Of a stretch of 64,000 nucleotides of DNA, positions 10,257 through 20,220 are shown piece by piece. This stretch comes from a bacterium. Its GTDB lineage: Bacteria > Zhuqueibacterota > Zhuqueibacteria > Residuimicrobiales > Krinioviventaceae. The notes beneath the pieces are model-generated. The model worked only from the letters and a program-made list of their open reading frames with translations, did not search any database and was not told the DNA's origin. A program made the position numbers and the translations under genes. The DNA lies in assembly GCA_963693055.1 (NCBI GenBank), contig OY843751.1, positions 6,240,001 to 6,304,000 of the forward strand. The letters are read 5' to 3'. Within the stretch, counting starts at the first letter, position 1, and each line of letters starts with the position of its first letter.

Positions 10257-11044
10257 ATGTGATATCCCTAAGTCCACTCGACCTGATTTTTGCGTCATCA
10301 CTGGTTTTTCTGTTGGCGCTGCTTTCCATGCTGTTGAAATTAAAGTTGTCCGGTCAGGTATTGATAGCCGGACTCCGCACAACCGTGCAATTGTTTTTAA
10401 TCGGGTTGGTGTTAAAAGTCATCTTTGACCAGATCCATTTGGGTTGGCTTTTGCTTATGGCATTGTTCATGTTGTTGGCGGCGGGACGAGAAATAGTACG
10501 CAGGCAAAAACGCCCGTTTAAAGGATGGTGGGGGCTGGGCTTGGGAACCGGTGCCATGCTGCTTTCCAGTTTTACCATTACGGTGCTTGCTTTAGTGTTT
10601 ATTATACAAAACGATCCCTGGTATATGCCGCAATATGCCATTCCTTTTTTAGGCATGATGCTGGGCAACACCATGAATGGTATTACCCTGGGTATTGATC
10701 GTCTTACCCAATCTGCCTGGCAGCAAAAAGCTGTAATTGAAAACCGGCTCATGCTGGGTCAGGATTGGAGTGAAGCTATTGGCGATTTACGGCGGGACTG
10801 TATCCGCGGTGGGTTGATACCCATATTGAATACCATGTCTATTGCCGGCCTGGTGAGCCTGCCGGGCATGATGACCGGGCAGATTCTTGCCGGAAATCCT
10901 CCGCTGGAAGCGGTAAAATATCAGATCCTTATCATGTTCATGATAGCCGGCGGCACAGGTTTGGGCACGGTAGCTTCGGTTTGGTTGGGATCAAGACGCT
11001 TGTTTGACTCGCGCGAAAGACTGCGCTTAGACCGCTTAAAATGA
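10253..11044 (+). CDS. fetB: Iron export ABC transporter permease FetB/YbbM (UPF0014)
   Basis: RTTVQLFLIG, PQYAIPFLGMMLGNTMN and GLVSLPGMMTGQILAG..PLEAVKYQI motifs. Confidence 0.9.
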   Translation: MNVISLSPLDLIFASSLVFLLALLSMLLKLKLSGQVLIAGLRTTVQLFLIGLVLKVIFDQIHLGWLLLMALFMLLAAGREIVRRQKRPFKGWWGLGLGTGAMLLSSFTITVLALVFIIQNDPWYMPQYAIPFLGMMLGNTMNGITLGIDRLTQSAWQQKAVIENRLMLGQDWSEAIGDLRRDCIRGGLIPILNTMSIAGLVSLPGMMTGQILAGNPPLEAVKYQILIMFMIAGGTGLGTVASVWLGSRRLFDSRERLRLDRLK

Positions 11045-11130
11045 AAATCGTATTGAATCTACGGAACAATACAACAGTTTTAACTGTTTAAAATATCATC
11101 TGTTTATATTGAGAATTGGAATTAAATTTT

Positions 11131-11547
11131 ATGACAGAAGACGGAATTGTAACATCTATAAATAACAACCTGGTGACTGTGCAAATGGAAAAAGGTGACC
11201 AGTGTAAAGAATGTAATATTTGCGAAACCATTGGCGGCGGATTCAGATGCATTGAAGCATTGAACACCTTGAATGCCAAAGCCGGTGACCGTGTGCGGGT
11301 AGAAATTGAGCCCAAAACCATGTTGACATCGTCATTTCTGGTTTTTATTTTGCCACTGATATTTCTGGTTGTCGGTTATTTTATTGGATCATCACTGGGA
11401 GCTGAATCGGCATCTGAGGGATATGGGATTTTGGGTGGCTTGTTGTTTCTGGCCCTTTCATTTGTTGTGGTAAAATATTTAGATAAATATAAAAGCAAAA
11501 ATCAACAAACCTATGCAAAGGTAATTGAGCTGCTTTCAACTCATTAA
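11131..11547 (+). CDS. rseC: RseC/MucC family protein (SoxR reducing system)
   Basis: CKECNIC cysteine cluster, N.LNAKAGDRVRVEI, two C-terminal TM helices. Confidence 0.85.
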   Translation: MTEDGIVTSINNNLVTVQMEKGDQCKECNICETIGGGFRCIEALNTLNAKAGDRVRVEIEPKTMLTSSFLVFILPLIFLVVGYFIGSSLGAESASEGYGILGGLLFLALSFVVVKYLDKYKSKNQQTYAKVIELLSTH

Positions 11548-11578
11548 AACTGATTATTTTGATAACCCTGGTGGAATT

Positions 11579-14500
11579 ATGAGACGTGAGTTTTTACTTC
11601 TGGTAGTCCTTTTTGTTATTTCTTACATACATTCGTTGTGGGCAGCGGAATCTGATATTACGGTCCTTTCGCAAACAGAAAATCAATTTGTGTTCGAGTA
11701 TACACCTGCCAATTTTTCTTTGACAGATGTTACCGTGAATGGTAAAACACTCAAAAATATTGTATTTGAAAATGCGGTTCATCCTCAGGAATCGGGAGTT
11801 ATTGATACACCGGTCCGTTTGGTGTCTCTGGGTATTCCCATGAGAGGCGATGCGTATTTCCAGATACTGGATTCTGATATTACGACGCTCCCGGATATTG
11901 AACTGGCACCCGTACCGGAATACAAACCTGACGGAGATGGCGGTTATTATCTGGAGTATGGAAAAGTTAAAACCAATGGTGCAGGTACGCCCTCGACAGA
12001 GAATGCGTTTCAAGTGGTTCAAAATTTGGGAACCGAAATTTTTCGTAAACAGAATATTGTGACATTGGCTATTCAGCCTGTTGAATACAATAATGAACAG
12101 AAAACGCTAAAACAGTACACACGTCTCAAAATACAGGTCAATTTTTCAGGAACCCAAACCAGCACCGCATCTATACGACAAAACGCGGATGAAGAGCTTT
12201 ATTCCAGCATGCTGCTCAACTATGAACAGGCACAGAAATGGAGAAAGCCAGCATCTGCTCTAAGGAAAATCTCTTCAAATCCATTTACCGGCAGTAACTG
12301 GTACAAGATCACCATCAATGGAAACGGCACTACAGCCATACGCGATGCAAACGGTGATGAAGAGGGCATGTACAAAGTAACCGGTTCGGCATTGCAAAGC
12401 GCGGGAGTGCCTATTTCATCCATTGATCCGAAAAGCTTTCAGTTGTTCAATAATGGCGGCAAGGTAATCCCCAATTCATTATACAACCACAATCCGGATT
12501 CATTGATCGAGAATTCGATTCTGGTTGTGGGTGGAGATGACGGCAGCTTTGGCGCATCCGATTATATCCTCTTTTACGGCAGGTCTTTAAATGGAGTGGA
12601 ATATGATACGACTCAAGACCGGCTTGAGCATTATTTACATCCCTTTGCGGAAGATAATGTTTACTGGTTGACCTGGGGCAAACAGGATGGAAAACGCATG
12701 ATGGAAATGTCATCGCTTTCTGCTTCCGGGGCCGAATTACAGAATTCTTTTCGGGATCTGGCTTATTTTGAACGGGAAGAATATAATGTATATAATTCAG
12801 GAACCGTTTGGCTTGACCGGTCTTTGTCTGTTATGAATAGCTCCCGCAGTTATTCATTTGAATTGAAAAATGTAGTGAGTAATGAGGTCACCTATGTCAG
12901 GCCCCAATTGGGATTGGTCTCGGCAAGCGGCACGCATTATTTTAATGTTCAGGTCAATGGCAACAATCTGGGTGATATTTCCAAGTCACATATTTCAGAT
13001 TCTTATTACAATCTTTTTCAGGAGGAACGGAGTAATAACGGTGTATTGATAAACGGCAACAATACGGTTACAATAAATTATAACAATACCAAAGATACTG
13101 ATCTGGCCTATGTGGATTATATTGAAATGGAATACGCAAGACAATTTACAGCTGTGAATGATCAGTTGGTGTTTTGGGGACCCAAAGGCACCGGCAGCGC
13201 GGCTTATCCATTGAGTGGATTTTCCGGATCTGTCAAAGTATTCAAGGTTACTGATTTTTCCAATGTGGGGCAGATCATTCCACCATCACAATCTGCAAGC
13301 GTAACGGTTGCGGATATTATTAATGAAGAGTATCCTGAAAAATATATCGCCCTGACAGAGGCTGCGTACAAGACAGTTTCAGCAGATAAAATTGAATCTG
13401 CAACACTTGCCAATTTGCGTCAGTCACGGCAGGCCGATTATATCATCATCACCTATGATGATTTTGAACAGCAGGCCAAAGAACTGGAGAGCTTGCGAGA
13501 GAATTGGGACCCGCAAGACCGCCTTGAAACCGAAGTGGTGAAAATTTCCGATGTGTACCAGGAGTTTGGCTATGGTATTGAAGAACCGGGCGCCCTACGC
13601 GACTTTTTAATGTTCGCGCAGGAGAACTGGGGCAATCCTTATTATGTGCTGTTGTTTGGTGACGGGCATTTTGATTACAAGAATATTCTGGGCCTTGATG
13701 TACCCCAGTATATTTTACCTTATGAGACCGACGAGACAACCGAAAATTATACCCGGGCAACAGATGACTGGTTTGTTATTACAAATCCTGAATCTGAAAG
13801 ACCACAAATGGCCATTGGGCGAATCAACGCGCGAACCGTGGATGAAGCGCAGCGGGTTGTGGACAAGATAGAGACATATGAAACCAATCCGGAATTTGGT
13901 GACTGGCGTAATACTGTTACTTTTATAGCGGATGATGAAGTGCAACCTCAATATCCAAATCAACCACAGCACACCCGTGGTGCAGAATTAATGTCTCAAA
14001 TTGATCAGATAGAAAAATTTAATATTAAAAAGATTTATTTAATTGAATACCGAGCCGTCAGTTCGGCAAGTATTTCGGGATATACCAAGCCCGAAGCGCG
14101 TCAGGACCTGCTGGACCAGATCAACAGCGGATCATTGATCCTCAATTATGTGGGACACGGAAATGATCAGCGATGGGCACATGAAAAAGTGTTGTACAGT
14201 CCAACAGATTTTGATTTGATCCGTAATGGCAACAAGCAGGCATTGTGGATAGCAGCAACCTGTGAGTTTGGCCACTGGGACCAGGTCCAGGAACAATGTA
14301 TGTCTGAAGAATTGCTATATGCACCTGATCGGGGTGCTATTGGTGTTGTTGCCTCTTCACGTGTGGTATATGCCAGTAATAATGAAGCTTTTAATCTGCG
14401 TTTGTTAGCGCGATTATTTCAGGACTATGATGAAACCGGTCAAACCATGCGCATAGGAAAAGCGGTCCTATTGGCAAAACTTGACATTTTTAGTTCATCC

Positions 14501-15613
14501 AAGGCTAATAGTGAAAAATTTTTATATCTGGGAGATCCGGCTATGCGCTTGGGAGCTCCCCGTTACCGCGCACAGATTGATGATATAACACCGGACAGCA
14601 TTCAGGCACTGCAAAAAATGTCTATTACCGGTCACGCCAACCAGGATGGCAGCAAATGGAATGATTACCAGGGCAAGGTGATGGTGAAGGTTCTGGATTC
14701 ACCCACCTCCAAAGTGTATTATACCGAGACCACCAATGTGGCTATCTATTATAATACGCCGGGTAATACCTTGTTTCGCGGAACCGCAACTATCAATGAT
14801 GGTGATTTTAATGTGCAGTTTATTGTGCCCAAAGATATTTCTTATAATGGTACTGACGGACGCGTGCATTTTTATTATTGGAACAATGATAGTGAAGGAA
14901 TGGGCTATGCCGGCGGTCTGGTTGTAGGTGGTACCTCAACTGACCTGGTGGATCATGAAGGCCCCGAGTTAAAATTACACTTTGGCGATCCGGATTTTGC
15001 GCCGGGAGATTATGTCTCCAGCAATACCACCTTGAATGTTGAGATCAGCGATACCACCAGCGGTATCAATACTGCCGGTGATATCGGCCACCAGATCACC
15101 ATGGTGCTGGATGAAGATGAAGAAGCGGTCCGGGACATAACCGAGTACTTTGAATACAATGAGGGTAGTTATACATCGGGTACATTAAAATATCCTTTGC
15201 AGCAGTTGAGCGAAGGCAACCACAATATCAAAGTTAAAGCGTGGGATAACTCGAACAATTCCGGGGCGGTTGAAAGCGAGTTTGTGGTTGTTCAAAATGA
15301 GGATTTGTTGATCAGGGATATTGTCAACTACCCCAATCCCATGACGGATGATACCCAGTTTACCTTTCAGATCAGTCAGGATGCCATGGCCGAGATTAGG
15401 ATCTATACGGTTGCGGGCAGGCTGATCAAAAAATTCGAGCCCACGCCGGTGAGCATTGGATTCAACATCTTTCCTGAAAAATGGGACGGCTATGACCAGG
15501 ACGGTGATGCGGTTGCCAATGGTGTGTATCTCTACAAAATCAAAGCCGAATCCGATTATGACGGGGAAAGCAAAACCGTAGAAGAGATCGGCAAGTTGAT
15601 TATAGCACGTTAA
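11579..15613 (+). CDS. porU: Type IX secretion sortase PorU-like C25 peptidase, copy 1
   Basis: Signal peptide; C25 propeptide; ADYIIIT, YVLLFGDG and IGRINART motifs; catalytic NYVGHG and ATCEFG; GDPA; KAWDNSNN; C-terminal YPNP...ANGVYLY sorting domain. Confidence 0.88.
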   Translation: MRREFLLLVVLFVISYIHSLWAAESDITVLSQTENQFVFEYTPANFSLTDVTVNGKTLKNIVFENAVHPQESGVIDTPVRLVSLGIPMRGDAYFQILDSDITTLPDIELAPVPEYKPDGDGGYYLEYGKVKTNGAGTPSTENAFQVVQNLGTEIFRKQNIVTLAIQPVEYNNEQKTLKQYTRLKIQVNFSGTQTSTASIRQNADEELYSSMLLNYEQAQKWRKPASALRKISSNPFTGSNWYKITINGNGTTAIRDANGDEEGMYKVTGSALQSAGVPISSIDPKSFQLFNNGGKVIPNSLYNHNPDSLIENSILVVGGDDGSFGASDYILFYGRSLNGVEYDTTQDRLEHYLHPFAEDNVYWLTWGKQDGKRMMEMSSLSASGAELQNSFRDLAYFEREEYNVYNSGTVWLDRSLSVMNSSRSYSFELKNVVSNEVTYVRPQLGLVSASGTHYFNVQVNGNNLGDISKSHISDSYYNLFQEERSNNGVLINGNNTVTINYNNTKDTDLAYVDYIEMEYARQFTAVNDQLVFWGPKGTGSAAYPLSGFSGSVKVFKVTDFSNVGQIIPPSQSASVTVADIINEEYPEKYIALTEAAYKTVSADKIESATLANLRQSRQADYIIITYDDFEQQAKELESLRENWDPQDRLETEVVKISDVYQEFGYGIEEPGALRDFLMFAQENWGNPYYVLLFGDGHFDYKNILGLDVPQYILPYETDETTENYTRATDDWFVITNPESERPQMAIGRINARTVDEAQRVVDKIETYETNPEFGDWRNTVTFIADDEVQPQYPNQPQHTRGAELMSQIDQIEKFNIKKIYLIEYRAVSSASISGYTKPEARQDLLDQINSGSLILNYVGHGNDQRWAHEKVLYSPTDFDLIRNGNKQALWIAATCEFGHWDQVQEQCMSEELLYAPDRGAIGVVASSRVVYASNNEAFNLRLLARLFQDYDETGQTMRIGKAVLLAKLDIFSSSKANSEKFLYLGDPAMRLGAPRYRAQIDDITPDSIQALQKMSITGHANQDGSKWNDYQGKVMVKVLDSPTSKVYYTETTNVAIYYNTPGNTLFRGTATINDGDFNVQFIVPKDISYNGTDGRVHFYYWNNDSEGMGYAGGLVVGGTSTDLVDHEGPELKLHFGDPDFAPGDYVSSNTTLNVEISDTTSGINTAGDIGHQITMVLDEDEEAVRDITEYFEYNEGSYTSGTLKYPLQQLSEGNHNIKVKAWDNSNNSGAVESEFVVVQNEDLLIRDIVNYPNPMTDDTQFTFQISQDAMAEIRIYTVAGRLIKKFEPTPVSIGFNIFPEKWDGYDQDGDAVANGVYLYKIKAESDYDGESKTVEEIGKLIIAR

Positions 15614-15624
15614 ATTATTTCAAC

Positions 15625-15671
15625 CCCGGTTCTGGAGTGAGCGCCGCAGGCGGACGTATCGAAGAGCCGGG
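15625..15671. repeat. REP-like palindromic element between the porU copies
   Basis: Outer stem CCCGGTTCT / AGAGCCGGG with inner hairpin CGCC-GCA-GGCG. Confidence 0.55.
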
Positions 15672-15777
15672 ATTTAAAATATGACTGCGATGCAGGTTTC
15701 TGCATTGTGGAATATGCTGTGGGATATTCGTATCAAAAGCTCTACAAGTTAAGGGCAAAGAATATAGTCTTTTTTTA

Positions 15778-15833
15778 TAATATTTAGATTTATATTAAAA
15801 ATTCAAGTTGTTGAGTTGCTTTCAATTCATTAG
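15778..15833 (+). pseudogene. Degenerate remnant of the rseC 3' end carried with the porU duplication
   Basis: Encodes IQVVELLSIH-TAG versus rseC AKVIELLSTH-TAA; similarity continues to the porU ATG. Confidence 0.6.
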
Positions 15834-15864
15834 AACTGATTACATTGATACCTCTGGGGGAACT

Positions 15865-18800
15865 ATGAGACGAGCGTTTTTACTCCTGGTAGTCCTTTTT
15901 GTTTTTTCTTGTATACATTTGTTATGGGCAGCGGAATCTGACATAATGGTCCTTTCACAAACGGACAATCAATTTGTATTCGAGTATACACCTGCCAATT
16001 TTTCTTTGACAGATGTTACTGTGAATGGCAAAACGCTCAAGAATATTGTATTTGAAAATGCAATACATCCTCAGGAACCGGGAGCCATTGATACTCCGGT
16101 CCGCATGTTGTCGCTGGGTATGCCCATGCAGGGCGATGCTTATTTTCAGGTATTGGATTCTGATGTGACCATTTTGCAGGATGTTGAACTGGCACCTGTA
16201 CCCGTATGTAAACCGGACGGAGATGGCGGCTATTACCTTGAATATAAAGATGTTAAAACTTTAACTACGCCATCGGCAGAGAATGCTTTTCAAGTAGTTA
16301 AAAACCTCGGCACCGAGCTTTTTCGTAAACAGAATGTTGTGACATTGGCGATTCAGCCGGTTGAATACAATTCTGAACGGAACACGCTAAAACAATACAC
16401 ACGTCTCAAAATACAGGTTACTTTTTCAGGAGAGCCCACGAGTACTGTATTTGTACGCCAGAATGCGGATGAAGAACTTTATGCAAGCATGCTGCTCAAC
16501 TATGATCAGGCACAGAAATGGAGAAAGCCAGCATCTGCTCTAAGGAAAATCTCTTCAAATCCATTTACCGGCAGTAACTGGTACAAGATCACCATCAATG
16601 GAAACGGCACTACAGCCATACACGATGCAAACGGTGATGAAGAGGGCATGTACAAAGTAACCGGTTCGGCATTGCAAAGCGCGGGAGTGCCTATTTCATC
16701 CATTGATCCGAAAAGCTTTCAGTTGTTCAATAATGGCGGCAAGGTAATCCCCAATTCATTATACAACCACAATCCGGATTCATTGATCGAAAATTCGATT
16801 CTGGTTGTGGGTGGAGATGACGGCAGCTTTGGCGCATCCGATTATATCCTCTTTTACGGCAGGTCTTTAAATAGAGTGGAATATGATACGACTCAAGACC
16901 GGCTTGAGCATTATTTACATCCCTTTGCGGAAGATAATGTTTACTGGTTGACCTGGGGCAAACAGGATGGAAAACGCATGATGGAAATGTCATCGCTTTC
17001 TGCTTCCGGGGCCGAATTACAGAATTCTTTTCGGGATCTGGCTTATTTTGAACGGGAAGAATATAATGTATATAATTCAGGAACCGTTTGGCTTGACCGG
17101 TCTTTGTCTGTTATGAATAGCTCCCGCAGTTATTCATTTGAATTGAAAAATGTAGTGAGTAATGAGGTCACCTATGTCAGGCCCCAATTGGGATTGGTCT
17201 CGGCAAGCGGCACGCATTATTTTAATGTTCAGGTCAATGGCAACAATCTGGGTGATATTTCCAAGTCACATATTTCAGATTCTTATTACAATCTTTTTCA
17301 GGAGGAACGGAGTAATAACGGTGTATTGATAAACGGCAACAATACGGTTACAATAAATTATAACAATACCAAAGATACTGATCTTGCCTATGTGGATTAT
17401 GTGGAAATGGAATACGCAAGACAATTTACAGCTGTGAATGATCAGCTTGTGTTTTGGGGGCCGATGGGAACAGGTACAGCGGGCTATCCATTAAGTGGAT
17501 TTTCCGGTCCTGTCAACGTATTCAAAGTAACTGACTTTGCCAATGTTGAGCAAATTGTACCTTTAGCACAATCGAGTTTAACCTTTGTCGATGAGACCAA
17601 TTCGCAATACCCGGAAAAGTATATCGCCCTGACAGAATCTGCGTACAAGACGGTTTCGGCAGATAATATTGAATCGGTAACCCTTGCCAATTTGCGGCAA
17701 TCCCGACAAGCCGATTACATCATCATCACCTATGACGATTTTGAACAGCAGGCCAAAGAATTGGAGAGCTTGCGAGAGAACTGGGACCCGCAAGATCGGC
17801 TTGAAACTGAGGTTGTGAAAATTTCTGACGTGTATCAGGAGTTTGGATATGGCATTGAAGAGCCGGGAGCCATCCGTGACTTTTTAATGTTTGCACAGGA
17901 GAATTGGGGCAATCCCTATTATGTCCTGCTTTTTGGAGACGGACATTTTGATTACAAGAATATTATGGGACTGGATGTTCCCCAGTATATTTTACCTTAC
18001 GAGACGGATGAAACCGTAGAGGATGATACGAGAGCCACGGATGACTGGTTTGTTATTACAAATCCTGAATCTGACAGACCGCAAATGGCCATTGGGCGAA
18101 TTAACGCGCGTACTGTAGATGAGGCGCAGCGGGTTGTTGATAAAATAGAGGCTTATGAAACCAATCCTGAATTTGGTGACTGGCGCAATACCGTTACTTT
18201 TATAGCGGATGATGAAGTTGTAACGAACAAACCTGACGAACCACGACATACCCGTGGTGCGGAATTAATGTCTCAAATTGATCAGATTGAAAAATTTAAT
18301 ATAAAAAAGATCTATTTAATTGAATACCGTGCGGTTAGTTCAGCAAGTATATCGGGATATACCAAGCCCGAAGCGCGTCAGGACCTGTTGGATCAGATCA
18401 ACAGCGGATCATTGATCCTCAATTATGTTGGACATGGAAATGATCAGCGATGGGCGCATGAAAAAGTTTTATATGGCCCCACAGATTTTGATTTGATACG
18501 AAACGGTAATAAACAGGCATTGTGGATAGCAGCGACCTGTGAATTTGGCCGCTGGGACCAGGTCCAGGAGCAATGTATGTCTGAAGATGTGTTGTATGTA
18601 CCTGACCGCGGCGCTATTGGTGTTGTTGCATCCTCACGTGTGGTATATGCCAATAATAATGAAGCTTTTAATCTACGATTGTTGGCACGTCTATTTGAAG
18701 ATTATGACAATACCGGCAAAACCATGCGCATAGGTAAAGCTGTCCATTTGGCAAAGCTCGACATTTTCAATTTATCCCGGATCAATTGTGAAAAATTTTT

Positions 18801-19890
18801 ATATCTGGGAGACCCGGCTATGCGTTTGGGTGCCCCCCGGTATCGCGCGCAGATTGATGATATAACACCGGACAGTATTCAGGCACTGCAAAAAATGTCT
18901 ATTACCGGTCACGCAAATCAGGACGGCACTAAATGGAATGATTACCAGGGCAAGGTGATGGTAAAGGTGTTGGATTCGCCCACCTCCAAAGTTTATTATA
19001 TCCAGAGCACCAATGATGCAATAAATTATAAAACTCCAGGTAACACCCTGTTTAGGGGGACGGCAACTATCAATGATGGTGATTTTAATGTGCAGTTTAT
19101 TGTGCCCAAGGATATTTCGTATGATGGTACAGACGGACGCGTGCATTTCTATTACTGGAACGATGACAATGAGGGGATGGGTTATACCGGCGGTCTGGTT
19201 GTCGGCGGTACCTCAATCGACCTAGTGGACCACGAGGGACCCGAGTTGAAACTGCATTTTGGCGATCCGGATTTTGCGCCGGGAGATTATGTCTCCAGCA
19301 ATACCACATTGAATGTAGAGATCAGTGACACCACCAGCGGTATTAATACTGCTGGTGACATTGGACACCAGATTACCATGATACTGGATGAGGATGAAGA
19401 AGCAGTCCGGGACATAACCGAGTATTTTGAATATAACGAAGGCAGTTACACCTCTGGCACTTTAAAATACCCATTGCAGCAGTTGAGCGAGGGCAGCCAC
19501 AGCATCAAGGTAAAAGCGTGGGACAACTCGAACAATTCCGGGGCGGTTGAAAGCGAGTTTGTGGTTGTTCAAAATGAGGAATTGTTGATCAGGGATGTCG
19601 TCAATTATCCCAATCCCATGACTGACGATACCCAGTTTACCTTTCAGATCAGTCAGGATGCCATGGCCGAGATTAGGATCTATACGGTTGCGGGCAGGCT
19701 GATCAAAAAATTCGAGCCCACGCCGGTGAGCATTGGATTCAACATCTTTCCTGAAAAATGGGACGGCTATGACCAGGACGGTGATGCGGTTGCCAATGGT
19801 GTGTATCTCTACAAAATCAAAGCCGAATCCGATTATGACGGGGAAAGCAAAACGGTTGAAGAAATCGGCAAGCTGATTATAGCACGTTAA
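15865..19890 (+). CDS. porU: Type IX secretion sortase PorU-like C25 peptidase, copy 2
   Basis: Collinear with copy 1; His (VGHG) and Cys (ATCEFG) intact; near-identical C-terminal sorting domain. Confidence 0.88.
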   Translation: MRRAFLLLVVLFVFSCIHLLWAAESDIMVLSQTDNQFVFEYTPANFSLTDVTVNGKTLKNIVFENAIHPQEPGAIDTPVRMLSLGMPMQGDAYFQVLDSDVTILQDVELAPVPVCKPDGDGGYYLEYKDVKTLTTPSAENAFQVVKNLGTELFRKQNVVTLAIQPVEYNSERNTLKQYTRLKIQVTFSGEPTSTVFVRQNADEELYASMLLNYDQAQKWRKPASALRKISSNPFTGSNWYKITINGNGTTAIHDANGDEEGMYKVTGSALQSAGVPISSIDPKSFQLFNNGGKVIPNSLYNHNPDSLIENSILVVGGDDGSFGASDYILFYGRSLNRVEYDTTQDRLEHYLHPFAEDNVYWLTWGKQDGKRMMEMSSLSASGAELQNSFRDLAYFEREEYNVYNSGTVWLDRSLSVMNSSRSYSFELKNVVSNEVTYVRPQLGLVSASGTHYFNVQVNGNNLGDISKSHISDSYYNLFQEERSNNGVLINGNNTVTINYNNTKDTDLAYVDYVEMEYARQFTAVNDQLVFWGPMGTGTAGYPLSGFSGPVNVFKVTDFANVEQIVPLAQSSLTFVDETNSQYPEKYIALTESAYKTVSADNIESVTLANLRQSRQADYIIITYDDFEQQAKELESLRENWDPQDRLETEVVKISDVYQEFGYGIEEPGAIRDFLMFAQENWGNPYYVLLFGDGHFDYKNIMGLDVPQYILPYETDETVEDDTRATDDWFVITNPESDRPQMAIGRINARTVDEAQRVVDKIEAYETNPEFGDWRNTVTFIADDEVVTNKPDEPRHTRGAELMSQIDQIEKFNIKKIYLIEYRAVSSASISGYTKPEARQDLLDQINSGSLILNYVGHGNDQRWAHEKVLYGPTDFDLIRNGNKQALWIAATCEFGRWDQVQEQCMSEDVLYVPDRGAIGVVASSRVVYANNNEAFNLRLLARLFEDYDNTGKTMRIGKAVHLAKLDIFNLSRINCEKFLYLGDPAMRLGAPRYRAQIDDITPDSIQALQKMSITGHANQDGTKWNDYQGKVMVKVLDSPTSKVYYIQSTNDAINYKTPGNTLFRGTATINDGDFNVQFIVPKDISYDGTDGRVHFYYWNDDNEGMGYTGGLVVGGTSIDLVDHEGPELKLHFGDPDFAPGDYVSSNTTLNVEISDTTSGINTAGDIGHQITMILDEDEEAVRDITEYFEYNEGSYTSGTLKYPLQQLSEGSHSIKVKAWDNSNNSGAVESEFVVVQNEELLIRDVVNYPNPMTDDTQFTFQISQDAMAEIRIYTVAGRLIKKFEPTPVSIGFNIFPEKWDGYDQDGDAVANGVYLYKIKAESDYDGESKTVEEIGKLIIAR

Positions 19891-19926
19891 AGTAATAGAT
19901 TAAAATTATATCTGTTTATTTATATA

Positions 19927-20000
19927 GAGTAGAGACCGGTCTCTACTCGTTCCCAAACTCCTGTTTGGGAACGCTATGACTGGATAAACGGAGTTTATCC
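19927..20000. repeat. Cluster of three palindromes (REP-like)
   Basis: Perfect 22-bp palindrome GAGTAGAGACCGGTCTCTACTC (19927-19948); CGTTCCCAAAC-TCCT-GTTTGGGAACG (19948-19973); GGATAAAC-GGA-GTTTATCC (19982-20000). Confidence 0.7.
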
Positions 20001-20187
20001 GATATGTTAAATTATGTTTTTTGATACTTGATACAGTCACCTGGCGGTGGACAATCCCATTGAAATGGAATCTACAGGTAGAACGAAATAAATCCTACCT
20101 CTGATGGCGATGCAGATTTATACTTGACGGGATATCGTATGGGGACAATCGTCTCGTAATATATTGTTGTCAAAGCGTTTTAAACAC

Positions 20188-20220
20188 AAAAAGCCGGTGA
20201 GATTATCACCGGCTTTTTTT
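20188..20220. terminator. Bidirectional rho-independent terminator
   Basis: AAAAAGCCGGTGA / TCACCGGCTTTTT between convergent porU2 and lspA. Confidence 0.85.

Noticed and set aside
11525-11578. N-terminal extensions given by the ORF track for porU1/2, serS, pyrF, esterase A and the 60086 lipoprotein
   Set aside because: Downstream ATGs fit better, based on RBS position, signal peptides or the start of homology.
11579-19890. Diversity-generating retroelement acting on the porU repeats
   Set aside because: There is no reverse transcriptase in the window, both repeats are within full coding genes, and three mismatches in 878 bp is far below typical template/variable-repeat divergence.
19891-20218. 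CRISPR array or intact IS element in the palindrome-rich spacer
   Set aside because: No regularly spaced direct repeats, no cas genes and no transposase ORF.
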